This document shows, piece after piece, positions 25,822 through 38,589 of a stretch of 64,000 nt of DNA. The stretch is taken from NCBI RefSeq assembly GCF_018350175.1, contig NC_058369.1, positions 6,636,001 through 6,700,000 of the forward strand, in the 5' to 3' direction. The stretch comes from Felis catus. Taxonomy: Eukaryota. Every line of letters begins with the position of its first letter. Position 1 is the stretch's first letter. Below the pieces are notes generated by a model. That model saw only the letters and a list, made by a program, of their open reading frames with translations, was not told where the DNA came from and made no database searches. Position numbers and translations under genes: made by a program.

Positions 25822-26046
25822 AACAAACCACAAGAGACTCTTAATGAGAGAAAACAAACTGAGGGTTGAAGGAGGGAGGTGGCTGGGAGATAAGCTAGAT
25901 GGGTAATGGCTATTAAGAAGGGCACTTGTCATGAGGACTGGATATTGTATGTAAGTGATGAATCACTGAATTATACTTCTGAAACCAATACTGCACTGTA
26001 TGTTAACTAAAATAAAAAAATAATTTTAATTAAATAAAATTAAAAA
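25822..26046 (+). mobile_element. Carnivore L1 3' UTR fragment
   Basis: aaaccacaagagactcttaa ... aacaaactgagggtt ... gcactgtatgttaacta plus A tail. Confidence 0.8.
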
Positions 26047-26638
26047 TATGGTACCTTGGTAACATTAAAACTCAGGAACTGTAAAAGCCAGTCACATTAG
26101 CCAGACTTCAAGTACTCAATGGTCACATATGTCTGCTGTACTAGACAGCACACATATAGAACAATCCATCATTGCAGAAAGTTCTGCATGGTGCTGATCT
26201 AGAGCGAAACTTGGCAAATGACACCCCGTGGGCCATGTCAGGTCCATTGCCTGTTTTTATACAGCCTGTCAGGAAGAAAAGAGGTCCATCCCCTATGTCC
26301 GTCAAGGCTGGCTCACACACAGCTTGGAGCCAGAGGCCCTTACTGACTGTCTCGCCAAGTGACTTCAGTACAGAGATGAGAGACAGAATTCCAGAGAAGG
26401 GAAGTGACCAGTCTGAAGTCACAGAGCTATCTCCGAGAGAGCAAGTATCTCCAATATCCCACTGGGTGTCCTTTCCTCTCCTTCGATGGTGGATAAAGCC
26501 TGGGAGACTATGCCATTTCCTGCCAGCCTAAAAAAAGTTCAATGCTGATTTAACCCCAGGTCTCCAGATTCCCAGGAAGAGCCCCGTGTGTGGAAGTTGG
26601 AACCCTCCATTCCTGCCCCAATGACCAGGATGCCTTAC

Positions 26639-26805
26639 CATCCACAAGGACACTGTTTCTGTCCAGGGTAAAATTCTGCAGCTGGGTACCATTTTGGGTC
26701 AGCCTCAAGAACTCCTCATAGATGGCAATTCTGTCCAGTCTCCGAGCCAATGGTGAAAAGTTACAGATGGAGTCCACCCCAGTGTGGTTGCTGTCGGGGA
26801 CAGAC
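26639..26805 (-). CDS. MUC16: MUC16 last SEA module, third exon (167 nt)
   Basis: (R)SVPDSNHTGVDSICNFSPLARRLDRIAIYEEFLRLTQNGTQLQNFTLDRNSVLVD. Confidence 0.95.
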
Positions 26806-26999
26806 CTGGAAGGGCAAAAGGGATGAACAAGGGTATCTTGAATTCTACCCCGCTTCTAGAAGGAAGTCATGTCCAAAAGGACCTTCTACAACGATACAAA
26901 CATTTGTGCCTAAATATCAAAATACAGTCATTATTAGACTCAGGTTGTTGAACACTTAAAGTATGGTACTATGGGTGAGTAACTGAATATCTCATTTAA

Positions 27000-29900
27000 T
27001 TTAATTTAATGAATTAATAAATAAAGAGCCATGGGGAGAACACATTTGAAACATTTGGACTAAGGACTTCCAAAAATGCATAAAATCATTGAGAACACTG
27101 GCAAGAATGGCCAAAATCAACCTTTTCATTAACCAAAGGTTTGCAATAACCTGAGGATCATTTAGTTGAGGGAAAAGATGGCTGAATCTTGGTAAAAGGA
27201 GCAAGCTGTATGGCATTAGAACTTGCATTATTTCCAGGCTGCTCTCACAATATCCCTAGACACTTTGAAAACCAGCAGTATGAGAACCATGGTAGCTGTG
27301 AAAACCAGCAGCCTAATAGCCATAATCTGTTTGGAATTCCCAAAAACAACCCATTCCCACTGACTTTTCAATATCTGACCTGTCTGGAGATTCCTTTTAG
27401 AAAGCCCCATTTTCAAGATTTGACTTTATTTGATTCCGAACTTTTTTCGGTCAGGGAAGCCTATTCCCAGGGCACTTGCCCAAAACAATCAGTGATTATT
27501 GTTTAACATGGCAGCTGCCTGAGGAAGCAGTAACAGTTGAGGCAGGCAAGAGGTGAGCCAAAAACTTTTTAAAAAGTAGGGAATGAGATGTCCCTGAAGG
27601 GTTTTGAAAAGCTCCAATGTGTTTGTGGGGATCTAGAAAGTCACAAGTGTGTGGGGTTGTGTGAATACCTAGGAAATATTTGAGTAGGCCTTAATCTCTC
27701 ACCTCTAGCTAAAAGGCTAGCTTAATATCTTAAAAAATTGCCAGTGGAATAGAGCATATTAATAAAGGACAAATGCCACCCAATCTCAAACACATCCAAA
27801 AGGAGAATATGAGAAAATACAACATCCTTTATGATTAAAAAAAAAAAAAACCCAACAAACTAGGAATAGAAAGTAAAGTTGCTCAACCTGAAAAACAGCA
27901 TCTGTGAAAAACTCACAGATAAAATCATACTCAATGGTGAAAGACTGAAAGTTTTCCCCTAAGACTGGGGACAAGACAGTGTTGTCTTCCTTCATTTCAT
28001 GTCCTATTTACATTTTAATAGATGTAATTCTAATAAAATAATCAGGCAAGAAAAAGAAATGATAAAAATTCAGATGGGAAGGAAAGATGTAGAATTATCT
28101 CTATTTGCAGATGACATGTTATTAGATATAGAAAATCCTAATACACAGACACAGACACAGACACACATAGCTGAAAACTATTAGTTCAGCATGAATGTAG
28201 GATATAAGACCAATGTACAAAAATCATTGTATTTATATACACTAGCAATTAACATCTTTAAAAAAATTTTTTTTAATGTTTATTTATTTATTTATTTATT
28301 TTTCAACGTTTATTTATTTTTGGGACAGAGAGAGACAGAGCATGAATGGGGGAGGGGCAGAGAGAGAGGGAGACACAGAATCGGAAGCAGGCTCCAGGCT
28401 CTGAGCCATCAGCCCAGAGCCTGATGCGGGGCTCGAACTCACGGACCGCGAGATCATGACCTGGCTGAAGTCGGACACTTAACCGACTGCGCCACCCAGG
28501 CGCCCCAGTGTTTATTTATTTTTGAGAGAGAGACAGAGTGAGTGGGGGAGGGCACAGAGAGAGGGAGACATAGAATCCAAAGCAGGCCCCAGGCTCCAAG
28601 CCATCAGCACAACCCATGAGCTGTGAGATCATGACCCAAGCCGAAGTCAGAGGCTCAATCAACTGAGCCACTCAGGCACCCCTAGCAATTAACATTCTTA
28701 AAAATGAAATAAAACAATTCCATTTATAACAGCATCAAAGAACAAAATACAAAACATGTAGGAATAAATTTAACAAAAACATTGTGAGATTTGTACATTG
28801 AAAACTATAAAACATGTTGAAAGAAATTTTAAAATACCTAAATACATGGAAACACATCCCATGTTCATAGACTGGGGATTTATTATTGTTGAAATGTCAA
28901 TACTCCCCAAACTGATCTACCGATAAAATGCAATCCCTATCAGAATCCCAGCTGACTCTTTTACAGAAATTAATAAGCTGATTCTAAAACCCATATGGGG
29001 TTGCAAGGGACCTCAAATAGGTAAATCAATATGGAGAAAGTACAAAGTTGGAGAACTCGATTTCCCAATTTCAAAACTTATACCAAGCTACAGTAATAAA
29101 AACAGTTGCCACTAGTATAAGGATAGACATATAGATCAGTGGGATAGAATTTAGAATCCATAAAAAACTCATGCAATCATGGACATTGATTTTCAACAAG
29201 GTTGCCAAGATAATAGGGAAAGAATAGTCTATTTAACAAATGGTACTGATGGGGCACCTGGGTGGCTCAGTCAGTTGAGTGCCTAACTTCGGCTCAGGTC
29301 ATAATCTCAAGGTTTGTGGGTTCGAGCCCCACCTCGGGCTCTGTGCTGACAGCTCAGAGCCTGGAGCCTGCTTCAGATTCTGTGTCTCTCTCTCCTCTCT
29401 CTTTCAAAAAAAAAAAAACCATTTAAAAAAAAAGAAGAAGAAGAAGTGAATTGACAGGGGCGCCTGGGTGGCTCAGTCGGTTAAGCATCTGATATCGGCT
29501 CAGGTCATGATCTAATGGTTTGTGAGTTCGAGCCCCACCTCGGGCTCTGTGCTGACAGCTCAGAGCCTGGAGCCTGCTTTGGATTCTGTGTCTCCCTCTC
29601 TCTGCCCCTCCCCCACTCGCACTCTGTCTCTCTCTGTTCTCAAAAATGAATAAATGTTAAAAAAAATTTTTAACAAATGGTACTAAGACAACTAGATATC
29701 CACATACAAAAGAATGAAATTGGACCCGTACCTCACAACATATACAAAAATTAATTCAAAATAAATCAAATGCCTAAATGTAAGAGATAATGATACAATC
29801 CTTAGAAGAAAACCTAGGTGTAAATAAATCTTTGTGAATTTGGATTAGGCAATGGTTTTTTAGATATGGGACTAAAATCACAAACAACCAAAGAAAACAT

Positions 29901-30925
29901 TGATAAATTGAGAGTCATCAAAATTAAGAATGATTGTGTTTCAAAGGGTAGTACTTAGAAGGTGAAAAGGCAACCTACTAAAATGGAAGAACATATTTGC
30001 AAATCATATGTCTGATAAGGGTGTAGTATCCAGAACACACAAAGAACAATTATAACTCAACAAGTAGAAAGACAATCAATGCAAAACTGGGTAAAGGACC
30101 TGAATAGACATTTCTGCAAAGAAGGTACAGAAATGACCCATAGTACATGAAAAATTGCTCCACATCACTAATCACTAGGAAAATGCAAATCAAAGCCACA
30201 GTGAGGTACCACTTCACATCCACTAGGATGATTAGAGTAAAAAAAGGATAATAACAATTGTTGGTGAAGACCTGGAACCCTCACACGTTGCTTGTGGGGA
30301 TGGCAAATGGTAGAGCCTCTTAGGCAAACAGTTCAGTAGTTCCTCAAAAGTTAACATGAAATTAACACATGACCCTCCAAGACCAGTCCTATGTATATGC
30401 CCAAAAGAACTTCAAACTCAAACTGATGCAAAGACTTACACAAGTTTTTCATTATTCGTAATAGGGTCCAGGGTCATTATTCATAATAGGCAAAGGGGGA
30501 GACAAGCCAATGTCCATCAGTGAATGGATGGATAAACGAAAAGTGGCATAGCCATACAACAGAACATTGTTCAGTCACAGAGGAAGGAATAGAGTACCTA
30601 TCCATGCTACAACATGGATCAACCCTGAAAACAGGATGCTCAGTGAAGGAAGTCAGTCACAAAAGACCACATAGTGTATTGATCCATTTAAATGGAATGT
30701 TCAGAATAGGCAAATCCAGAGAGACAGAAAGTAGATTATTGTTTGCTAGGGGATGGGGCTGAGGGAAGAATAGGTAGCAGCTGCTAATGGGGACAGGACT
30801 TTTTTTTTTTTAAACATCCTACCGTTAGAGAGTGGGATGGTTGTACCACTCTATAAATATACCACTAAATTGTATACTTCAAAAGGGTGCATTTTATAGG
30901 TGAATCATATCTCAAGAGATGTATA
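27000..30925 (+). mobile_element. Old L1M element (5' region plus degenerate ORF2 3' half and 3' UTR), interrupted by four CAN-SINEs (~28262-28682 nested pair, ~29250-29668 tandem pair)
   Basis: LSLFADDML RT motif at ~28100, further degenerate ORF2 sequence to ~30700, L1MB-type 3' end. Confidence 0.8.
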
Positions 30926-31063
30926 AACAATTTCGATTGCCTCATGTGATTAGTGGCTATACTACTGAGTAACACAGTTAGACTGCTGGATTCTAAGTCA
31001 TCTGGTTCTACCCACCCCCATCTTCTATGGATCCTGACTCCAATGGCTGATTTCTTAAAAAAA

Positions 31064-31272
31064 ATTCTTTTTAATGTTTTAATTACTTTTGAAGGAGAGA
31101 GTGACAGAGCCTGAGCAGGGGAAGAGCAGAGAGAGAGGGAGACACAGAATTCGAAGCAGGCTCCAGGCTCTGAGCTGTCAGTACAGAGCCTGATATGGGG
31201 CTTGAGCTCACGAACTGTGAGATCATGACCTGAGCTGAAGTCGGATGCTTAACTGAGCCACCCAGGTGCCCC
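31064..31272 (-). mobile_element. CAN-SINE
   Basis: Reverse SINE; flanks ctccaa(t/c)(g/a)gctgatttcttaa duplicated. Confidence 0.88.
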
Positions 31273-31555
31273 TCCAACAGCTGATTTCTTAAGGCATTCA
31301 TTGATGCTACACTCCATATTCCATGGCTCCCAGCACCAGGTACCTCCATGTCTACTGAGGTCTACACTGGCTCTCTTGAGTTTCTAAGTCAGTTGGCGTC
31401 ATTGGTTTAGGAACAAGCTGGTTTTTAGGTAACAGTTTTATACTCATAGGGCTATCTTCCATAAGAACTAGAAACTGAGACCATGACATGGGGATACTTT
31501 TACTTAAAGGACCACGGGAGTCTCCAGAGTGATTAGGTACTGAGTTGGAACTCAC

Positions 31556-31623
31556 CTGAATGCTAAAACTTGACAGTCAGAGAAATAACTCTTCATGCTG
31601 CTGTTTCGGAAGAGCTGGTTGAG
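31556..31623 (-). CDS. MUC16: MUC16 SEA exon (68 nt)
   Basis: LNQLFRNSSMKSYFSDCQVLAF(R); AG/GTGAG. Confidence 0.93.
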
Positions 31624-31944
31624 CTGAAAAACAGGGTGATGTTCCCTTGATCAGAATTCCAGGCCTAGTGGCATCAGAGAATTTTTAGCCACTGAGCATA
31701 CTTCCCCATCTACTTTTTATTATCTCAACAAATACTAGCCCAGGTATGTGCACCAAAGGACATCCCATTCCAGGGTGTGACTTAGCTATATGATCCTAGA
31801 GTAGCTCCTGAACCTCTCTGTGCCTGTTTCTTTATTTGTAAATGGGCAAAAGAACCTGTCTGGATGAATTGTCACAAAAAATCACCCTCTGACTACCCAG
31901 CGTCCATTGGTCTGTCTCTACATGGGACACAAACCCATTCTCAC

Positions 31945-32108
31945 CGCATTCTCGATACTTCTCTTGTTCCGCTGGTGTTTGGTGGTGTTGGGCTGGGATA
32001 AGTCTTGGGAATAGAGTAGGTTGGTGACAGTGAAATTCAGCTGGAAGTGCTGAGAGGTGGGACTGCTTGTTGGTCTGTCTGTTGGTAGATGAGCTGTTGA
32101 CTCCACTT
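31945..32108 (-). CDS. MUC16: MUC16 SEA exon (164 nt)
   Basis: (E)VESTAHLPTDRPTSSPTSQHFQLNFTVTNLLYSQDLSQPNTTKHQRNKRSIENA. Confidence 0.92.
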
Positions 32109-33193
32109 CTATAATAAAAAGAAGGTATAGAAGTCCCCAACAGGTGAAGATTTAAGCAAAGAAGTCATTCCAGCTAGTCTAATTATTCTTGGCAATGTGA
32201 CCTGAGTTGGATTCTGAAAGGTGGGATACATAAGATCTCCATCTACCTGGCCACTTTGAATCCATTGATCTGTCTATCCATCCAACTCTTCCTCAAGCAT
32301 TATGAGAGCTCACTAGTGTGTGGGGAAGATGAGACTGGGCTTCTCTGGTGCACAGATGGCAAGTGTAGGTGCCGATCACCTCAGGGGACATCTGTCATAC
32401 CCCTTTGTTGACCTAGGTTCCTAATGTGTCTTGCTGCCTCTGGTCTTCTCCCCCTCCCAATCCACTCTCTACACAGAACTCAGAAGATGAGCTTTCTAAA
32501 GCAGAACTCTGTGTTGTGTTCTTCTGCAAACCATCCCAATACCCAAGGAAGTCCCTGCCTGCATCTATAGCCTTACCTATCACTTCTCTCAGGCCAAAGT
32601 GTTTGCTCTAGTGACACCAAACTCCTTACAGTCTCCCCAAATATTTTATCTTCTAGGTTATAAACACAGCTAGCTCAACTCCCCACCTCTTCCCATTGGC
32701 TAGGCTATGTTCGCCATCATATCTCAGTTTTTTAATAACTTCCTCCAGAAAACTTTTCAAGATGGGCCATGTGTCCCTCCTTGTGAGTTCCCAAAGGCTT
32801 TTTAAATTACCTGATTACAGCAGTTATCACAGTGAATCATCAACACCTATTTACTTTCATGACATATTTGTTGAATGAATGCATGAATGAGTCCTTCAAT
32901 CAACCAGTACATGACTCATAACTGGAGGGCCTAAGAAGGACACACAGGATACTCCACACTTTGGGTTAGAAATATCTACATGTAAAAATGACTGTCCCCT
33001 TGGTGCAGTTGCTGCATGTTTTCTTTCCTCCTCCTGTTGGGATGACCCGTTGCCATGGTCCATCAACATGGGCCTCCAGAAAGACCCCCTTTCCCCTCCA
33101 GAGCCTCCATCCATTCCAGTGCTACAGAGAAGCCCCATTCCTCCTCAAAGCCCCATTTCTTCAAGCCATGAAACCAACCCCACAATCTCACAC

Positions 33194-33342
33194 CTGTCAC
33201 ATGCAAATCTGCCAGCTTATAGGTGGCACCAAGCCAGTGGGATGAGACATTCAGGGTCTTGTCTAGAAAGACTTGCTTCACCATACTGGGGTCCACATTG
33301 GAAGAGAACAGAGCCTTGATGGTGACCAACATGGAGTCCAAC
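33194..33342 (-). CDS. MUC16: MUC16 SEA exon (149 nt)
   Basis: (T)LDSMLVTIKALFSSNVDPSMVKQVFLDKTLNVSSHWLGATYKLADLHVT. Confidence 0.92.
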
Positions 33343-34122
33343 CTAGGGACAGAGACCATGGAACTTAGCCAGCACCCAACACCATCAGTGTCTCCTGAGT
33401 TCCTGTTTTATAGAGCCAAAGACCTACAGGCAAGAAGTAAGAAATTACCTGGCTTCCTCTTCCCTCAGGCTAGAGAAGAGACCCTGACCAAAAAAAAAAG
33501 GTTTCTAGGAGTTGGGAATAGAACAAATAACTATAAAATTAATGAACATCTATTGAGCACCTCTAGGAAGTGAATACACATTCCCTCACCATCACCCTGG
33601 TGAAAGGTATTATTATAATTATCCCCATCTTAAAGCCAAAGGAACTGAAGTTTGGAAACACTCAATGTTGGCACTGTGTCCCATGATTGTCCTGCTCCCC
33701 AGTGTAGATGTCTCAGTTCCTCTACCCATTCCTTGGAGACTTGGATTAAAATCCAAGTTGGGCAATTCTTGGGCTGTTCACTTTGCTTCTCTGAGCCTCA
33801 GCTTCCCCTCTGAACAATGGAGATGGTCATAGATGGTGTGTGGCCATAGGAAATGTTATTATTGGGCTGATATTTATTGAAAGCATCCAGAAAGGAGAAG
33901 GTGGTGGTTAATGGAGTTGGTGGCCCCGGGAAGTTAATCCTTTTCCTGCCTCCCACCCCCCCAACCGAAGACCTATGAAAGGAGATGGTAGGATTAACTG
34001 ACAGGGACATGGGAGAGCATGGGCACCATGCCAGTGACTTCCAGCTCAAGGAGTATGCCAGGATGGTAGCTCAGAGCCACAAGCTGCCAGCTCAGCCAGT
34101 GCTGCCAACCTCCTCAACTTAC

Positions 34123-34190
34123 GTCAAGTTGGTGACCAGGCAGGAGAGGAAAATGTCTTGTAGCTGGCTGCCTCTGTAGAGTTTGGTGAC
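34123..34190 (-). CDS. MUC16: MUC16 SEA exon (68 nt)
   Basis: VTKLYRGSQLQDIFLSCLVTNL(T); AG/GTAAGT. Confidence 0.92.
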
Positions 34191-34531
34191 CTAGAATAAA
34201 GGGTAAGATGGAGATCGCCTGGGGCTGGCAGGAGCTCCTGGAGTCATGGAAGGAACACAGGCTTTGGGACAAAGGAGACATGAGTTCAAATTCTGGCTCT
34301 GCCCCTTAACTCACTGTGTGATCTTGGGCACACCACTCCCCTTTCTGAGCCTTAGTGTGCCCATCTGGGAAGTGGGGAAGGCAATCAGAGCACAACCTTT
34401 GGAAACTGAGAGAACCCAGAACACATTAGGTAAAGGGAGGAGTTTAAACACTTAATAGATGTGAGTCAGACAGAGGAATGGTGGGGGGGGGGCAGGGCAA
34501 GGAGAGACAGGAAAGACGAGAGAGATGTCAC

Positions 34532-34662
34532 CTTGTCCTGGATGTCTCTCAGCAGGGTTGTGTACTCCAAGGATGCAGGGTCTGAGTTGCTGAGGTTCCA
34601 GTTGAGGATGCGGAAATTCAGCTGATACTCATTCTGAATAGATAAATTCTGGGGAGCGTAGC
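34532..34662 (-). CDS. MUC16: MUC16 SEA exon (131 nt)
   Basis: (G)YAPQNLSIQNEYQLNFRILNWNLSNSDPASLEYTTLLRDIQDK. Confidence 0.92.
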
Positions 34663-35390
34663 CTGGAGCCAATGATAGGAAGAGAAGAGAGGTGGAGACT
34701 CTTACCCTTTCACACAGAGAGAGGCCTGATGACTGCTGTCAGAATCAGCCAAATTCAGGCCCACATGCTGGGGGGTTCCTAGTGGAAAGTCACCCCAAAG
34801 AGGGGGAAAACTGGAATTTTCCAGTGATTCTCCTGAGCTGAGTTTTTCTGCTTGTGCTTAGGCAGTTCCGGCTTCCTCGAATATTTTCAATCCTCTTTTT
34901 ATGGAAATCTCCTACTCATGTTTCAGGACCTTGATGAGATGAGACTACAGGAGAGCAGGGACCCATCTGTCTTGTTCTTGCCATGTCCCCATACCTACTA
35001 CAGTGCTGGGTACATAATATCCTCTTCCAAGAAGCCCTCCTTGACTTGCTCCTCCTGTGTGCTTCCACAGCACCCTGTTAATAACAGTGTCCCTGCCTTG
35101 TTTGTGTGTCCCTAGATAACATTCATTCTCTTGATTATTAGTTTTCAGGGAGAGAACCTGCGAGTTCCATCTCTGTATCCAGCACATGGCTTGGGACAGA
35201 ATAGTATTGTATATGCATCTGTTGAATGCGTGAATGTGAACTACAGTGGATCCCCCAATATGGGGGCTGAGATACTCATCTCCCATTTGTTCACTCATTT
35301 ACTCACTCATTGGGGATGACAGTGTACCGACACATAAAGAACTGAGGGTGTATCGCCAGACTACAAGACCTTAATTTCGTAGAGTTGGAT

Positions 35391-35643
35391 AATTAAATAA
35401 TTGTGATAACGTGTGATAAGTTGGTGCCCATCTAGGGACCAGAGACCCATGTAGAGCAGAGTTTCTCATTCTCAGAACTACTGATATTCGGAGCTATGTA
35501 ACTCTTACATTTAAATAACTCTTACACAATTAAATAATTGTGATAACATGTGATAAGTTGGTGCCCATCTAGGGACCAGAGGCCCATGTAGAGCAGGGTT
35601 TCTCATTCCCAGAACTACTGATATTCGGAGCTATGTAACTCTT
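35391..35643. repeat. 116-bp direct duplication with 21-nt spacer
   Basis: 35391-35506 and 35528-35643 differ at 4 positions. Confidence 0.92.
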
Positions 35644-35806
35644 GGCAGTGAGGATCCCTGATCATTGGAGGACATTCGTAACACCCCTAGCCTCGAGCCA
35701 CTAGGTGCCAGTACCACTCTCCCCCAGTTGTGGTGATCAAAATGTCTCCGGACATTGCCAAGTGTCTCCTGAGGGGCAGAATTGCCCCCAGGTGAGGACC
35801 ACTGGC
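35593..35806. mobile_element. MER20 DNA transposon
   Basis: gcagggtttctca ... aaaatgtctccggacattgccaagtgtctcctgaggggcagaattgccccca ... accactg. Confidence 0.75.
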
Positions 35807-36052
35807 ATGGAGGAACCTTGTATAGAAGAAATCCTATTCCAAGAGATCTACGAGTCAGACATTTGGAGTGCAAATTACAATTATTTATATTAATTTGGTC
35901 AAAGAATTTCACTCTTTTTACCTGAAATAACAGGAGAGACTCTCTCCATGGAGAGTTTGGGGAGGGTGTCCTTCAATCAGAGCTTGGGCTGACTTGTTAA
36001 GGAAGAAATAAAATAGAACAGAGACAAATAATGATTGCTATAAATCACTCAC

Positions 36053-36225
36053 CATTGACGAAGAGGCTGTCCCTGACCAGGGTATAGATGCCCATCTGGG
36101 TGACACCATGGGTCAGCTGGCTTAGCTCCCAGTAAAGCTGTTCTCGGTCCAGCCTGTAGCCCATGGGGTCATGGTGATAGGTGCAGATGGCGTTAACATG
36201 AGTGGCTACCACATCCTTCTCAGGC
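36053..36225 (-). CDS. MUC16: MUC16 SEA exon (173 nt)
   Basis: (R)PEKDVVATHVNAICTYHHDPMGYRLDREQLYWELSQLTHGVTQMGIYTLVRDSLFVN. Confidence 0.94.
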
Positions 36226-36383
36226 CTGGGGAGAGAGGGATGTGGGGACTCTTAAAGAGAGGTTCTGAAACCTCAGTATGGGGGCCAAAAGGAGGGAAGG
36301 GCAAATGGGAGGTCAGTGGGAAGACTGAAAGGGTTGGTCACCAAAATGGTCACTACTGGCAAATGCTCAGGAGGAAGTCCTAC

Positions 36384-36451
36384 CTGAAGGAGATTAATCT
36401 GCAACCTGAATAGAAGGGGCCCAGGCTGCTCTTCTGGAACAAGGATCCAAG
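36384..36451 (-). CDS. MUC16: MUC16 SEA exon (68 nt)
   Basis: LGSLFQKSSLGPFYSGCRLISF(R). Confidence 0.94.
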
Positions 36452-36534
36452 CTGGGGAGGAAGGAGGAGGCGGATGAGCAGGAGGGGCTGGGTGGGATTT
36501 ATCCCACTAGGAGCTGCTAGGAGCAGGGTCTCAC

Positions 36535-36656
36535 CAGGTGCTGCAGGGTCCTCTTGGTGGAGTTGAATGTAGCTGAGCTGTGGCTCATGTCTGTTGAATA
36601 CTGGAGGTTGGAGATGGTCAAGTTCAGTGTGAAGGTCTTCAGGTTGTGTCCCATAG
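36535..36656 (-). CDS. MUC16: MUC16 SEA exon (122 nt)
   Basis: (A)MGHNLKTFTLNLTISNLQYSTDMSHSSATFNSTKRTLQHL. Confidence 0.93.
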
Positions 36657-36985
36657 CTATGAGAAGGAGGGGGAGAGATGGTGACTACTGACAGCTGGCC
36701 TGAGACCAAATCAAAATCCTGCATTCGTCCTACTCTGTCATCTTCTCTTCCAGTGTCACCACCACCTGCCATGTGGTCACCCAAGCCAAAACCAGCACGT
36801 TGCTTAGCTCCCTCTCTCTCCCCTCCAAGTAACACCATTTCTACTTACAGAATGGTCCTCACACACCCTCTCTCTATCCTGTCCCAGATCAAGTCTTATC
36901 CTCTCTCACCTGGACCAACAACCCAGCAGACTTGCTGGATGCCCTGTCTAAAGAATGTTCTCTGCACTGAAGTCTAGCGGAAAAA

Positions 36986-37278
36986 TTTTTTAATTTTTAA
37001 TTTATTTTTTTAATGTTTATTTTTTAGAGAGACAGACAGAGAGACAGATCATGAGCAGGGGAGGAGCAGAGAAAGAGAGGGAGACACAGAATCTGAAGCG
37101 GGTTCCAGGCTCTGAGCTGTCAGCACAGAGCCTGACACGGGGCCTGAACTCATGAACCACAAGATCATGACCTGAGCCAAAGTTGGATGTTTAATGGACT
37201 GAGCCATGCAGGTGTCCCAGAGAATTTTTTAAACTGCTTGTTTATTTTGAGAGAGGGAGAGAGGGAGAGGGAGAGGGA

Positions 37279-37324
<46 letters not shown>

Positions 37325-37470
37325 ATGGGGGAGGGGCAGAGAGAGAGGGAGAGAGAATCCTAAGCAGACTCTGTGCTATCAGCACAGAACCTGATGAAGG
37401 GCTTGATCTAATGAACCGTGAGATCATATCCTCAGCTCAAATCAAGAGTTGGACACTTAACTGACCAGAC
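36986..37470 (-). mobile_element. Two CAN-SINEs, second with expanded (GAGAGG)n/(GA)n
   Basis: Reverse SINE bodies ~36986-37218 and ~37240-37470. Confidence 0.85.
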
Positions 37471-37779
37471 CCTAGAAGAATTTTCTTAAGTGAAAATCTC
37501 AGTATAGTCACCACTTCCCATGGCTTCCTTTGGTCTTCAGTGTTAAGTTCAAGCTTCTTGACCTGGCACTCAATGTCCCTCCCAATCTGGTTTTTGCCAG
37601 TGTTTCAGCTTCACTTCTCCATCTATTCCAGGTTAAGATTCATGGTTCATGCAAACTAAATCCCTCTCAATTCTCTCCATATACTATGCTGTTTCCGGCC
37701 ACTGAGCCTTTGCTCATCAGATTCCTTACACCAGGAAAACTCTTCATCCCCTATTTGCCTTGATGACTCCTACTTATTA

Positions 37780-38005
37780 TTTTTTTTTTTAATTTTTTTT
37801 TCAACGTTTATTTATTTTTGGGACAGAGAGAGACAGAGCATGAACGGGGGAGGGGCAGAGAGAGAGGGAGACACAGAATCGGAAACAGGCTCCAGGCTCT
37901 GAGCCATCAGCCCAGAGCCTGACGCGGGGCTCGAACTCACGGACCGCGAGATCGTGACCTGGCTGAAGTCGGACGCTTAACCGACTGCGCCACCCAGGCG
38001 CCCCC
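37780..38005 (-). mobile_element. Young SINEC_Fc
   Basis: Nearly identical to copies at 8930, 24092 and ~28300; CpGs intact. Confidence 0.92.
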
Positions 38006-38309
38006 CTACTCATTCTTAAAGAATCAGTTTGGGTGCAAATTTCTCCAGAAATTCCTTACCTTCCAAATTATGTTAGATCCCTCTCCCCAAAACATTTCAC
38101 ACTGTGTTATAATGGTCTGTTGATCTCACAATACTGGGGGCTCCATGAAGGTATGCATTAGATTGAATTGTCAGTAGAATCTTTGGATTGGCATGACTGT
38201 CCTAAACCAGAATTTTACACTCTGGCTTCTCAGCCCCTGTGTACAACTGGCTGGTAGAGGTGGAGGGCTGTAAAGTTTCTCTTGGAAAGAAAAAGGATTC
38301 CCTAAATAC

Positions 38310-38375
38310 CTGTGGTGGCTTCTGGTTGCACAGGTGATGATGAACTAGGCAGGAATGTGGTGGCTGCCTCAGGAG
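38310..38375 (-). CDS. MUC16: MUC16 S/T/P linker exon (66 nt)
   Basis: (T)PEAATTFLPSSSSPVQPEATT; ccttttccacAG-type acceptor, CAG/GTATTT donor. Confidence 0.88.
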
Positions 38376-38589
38376 CTGTGGAAAGGGCAGTTATCAGGAG
38401 GGGACAGAGCTCCCCACAGAGTGGGAGAAACTCCCCACATTTGTCTGGACTCCAGCAGTGGTGGTCCCAAGACAAGACTTCACAGGTGTGCCATAAATGA
38501 GAGCAAGGGAAGGAAGAACTGTGTGAGCAGAGGGGTGAGCGAGCCCATGAATGAAATGAACCCAAGAGAGTAAGGGTAGGTGAACAAGA

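Noticed and set aside
35391..35643. CRISPR-like repeat-spacer appearance
   Set aside because: Only two long copies in a mammalian intron; simple tandem duplication
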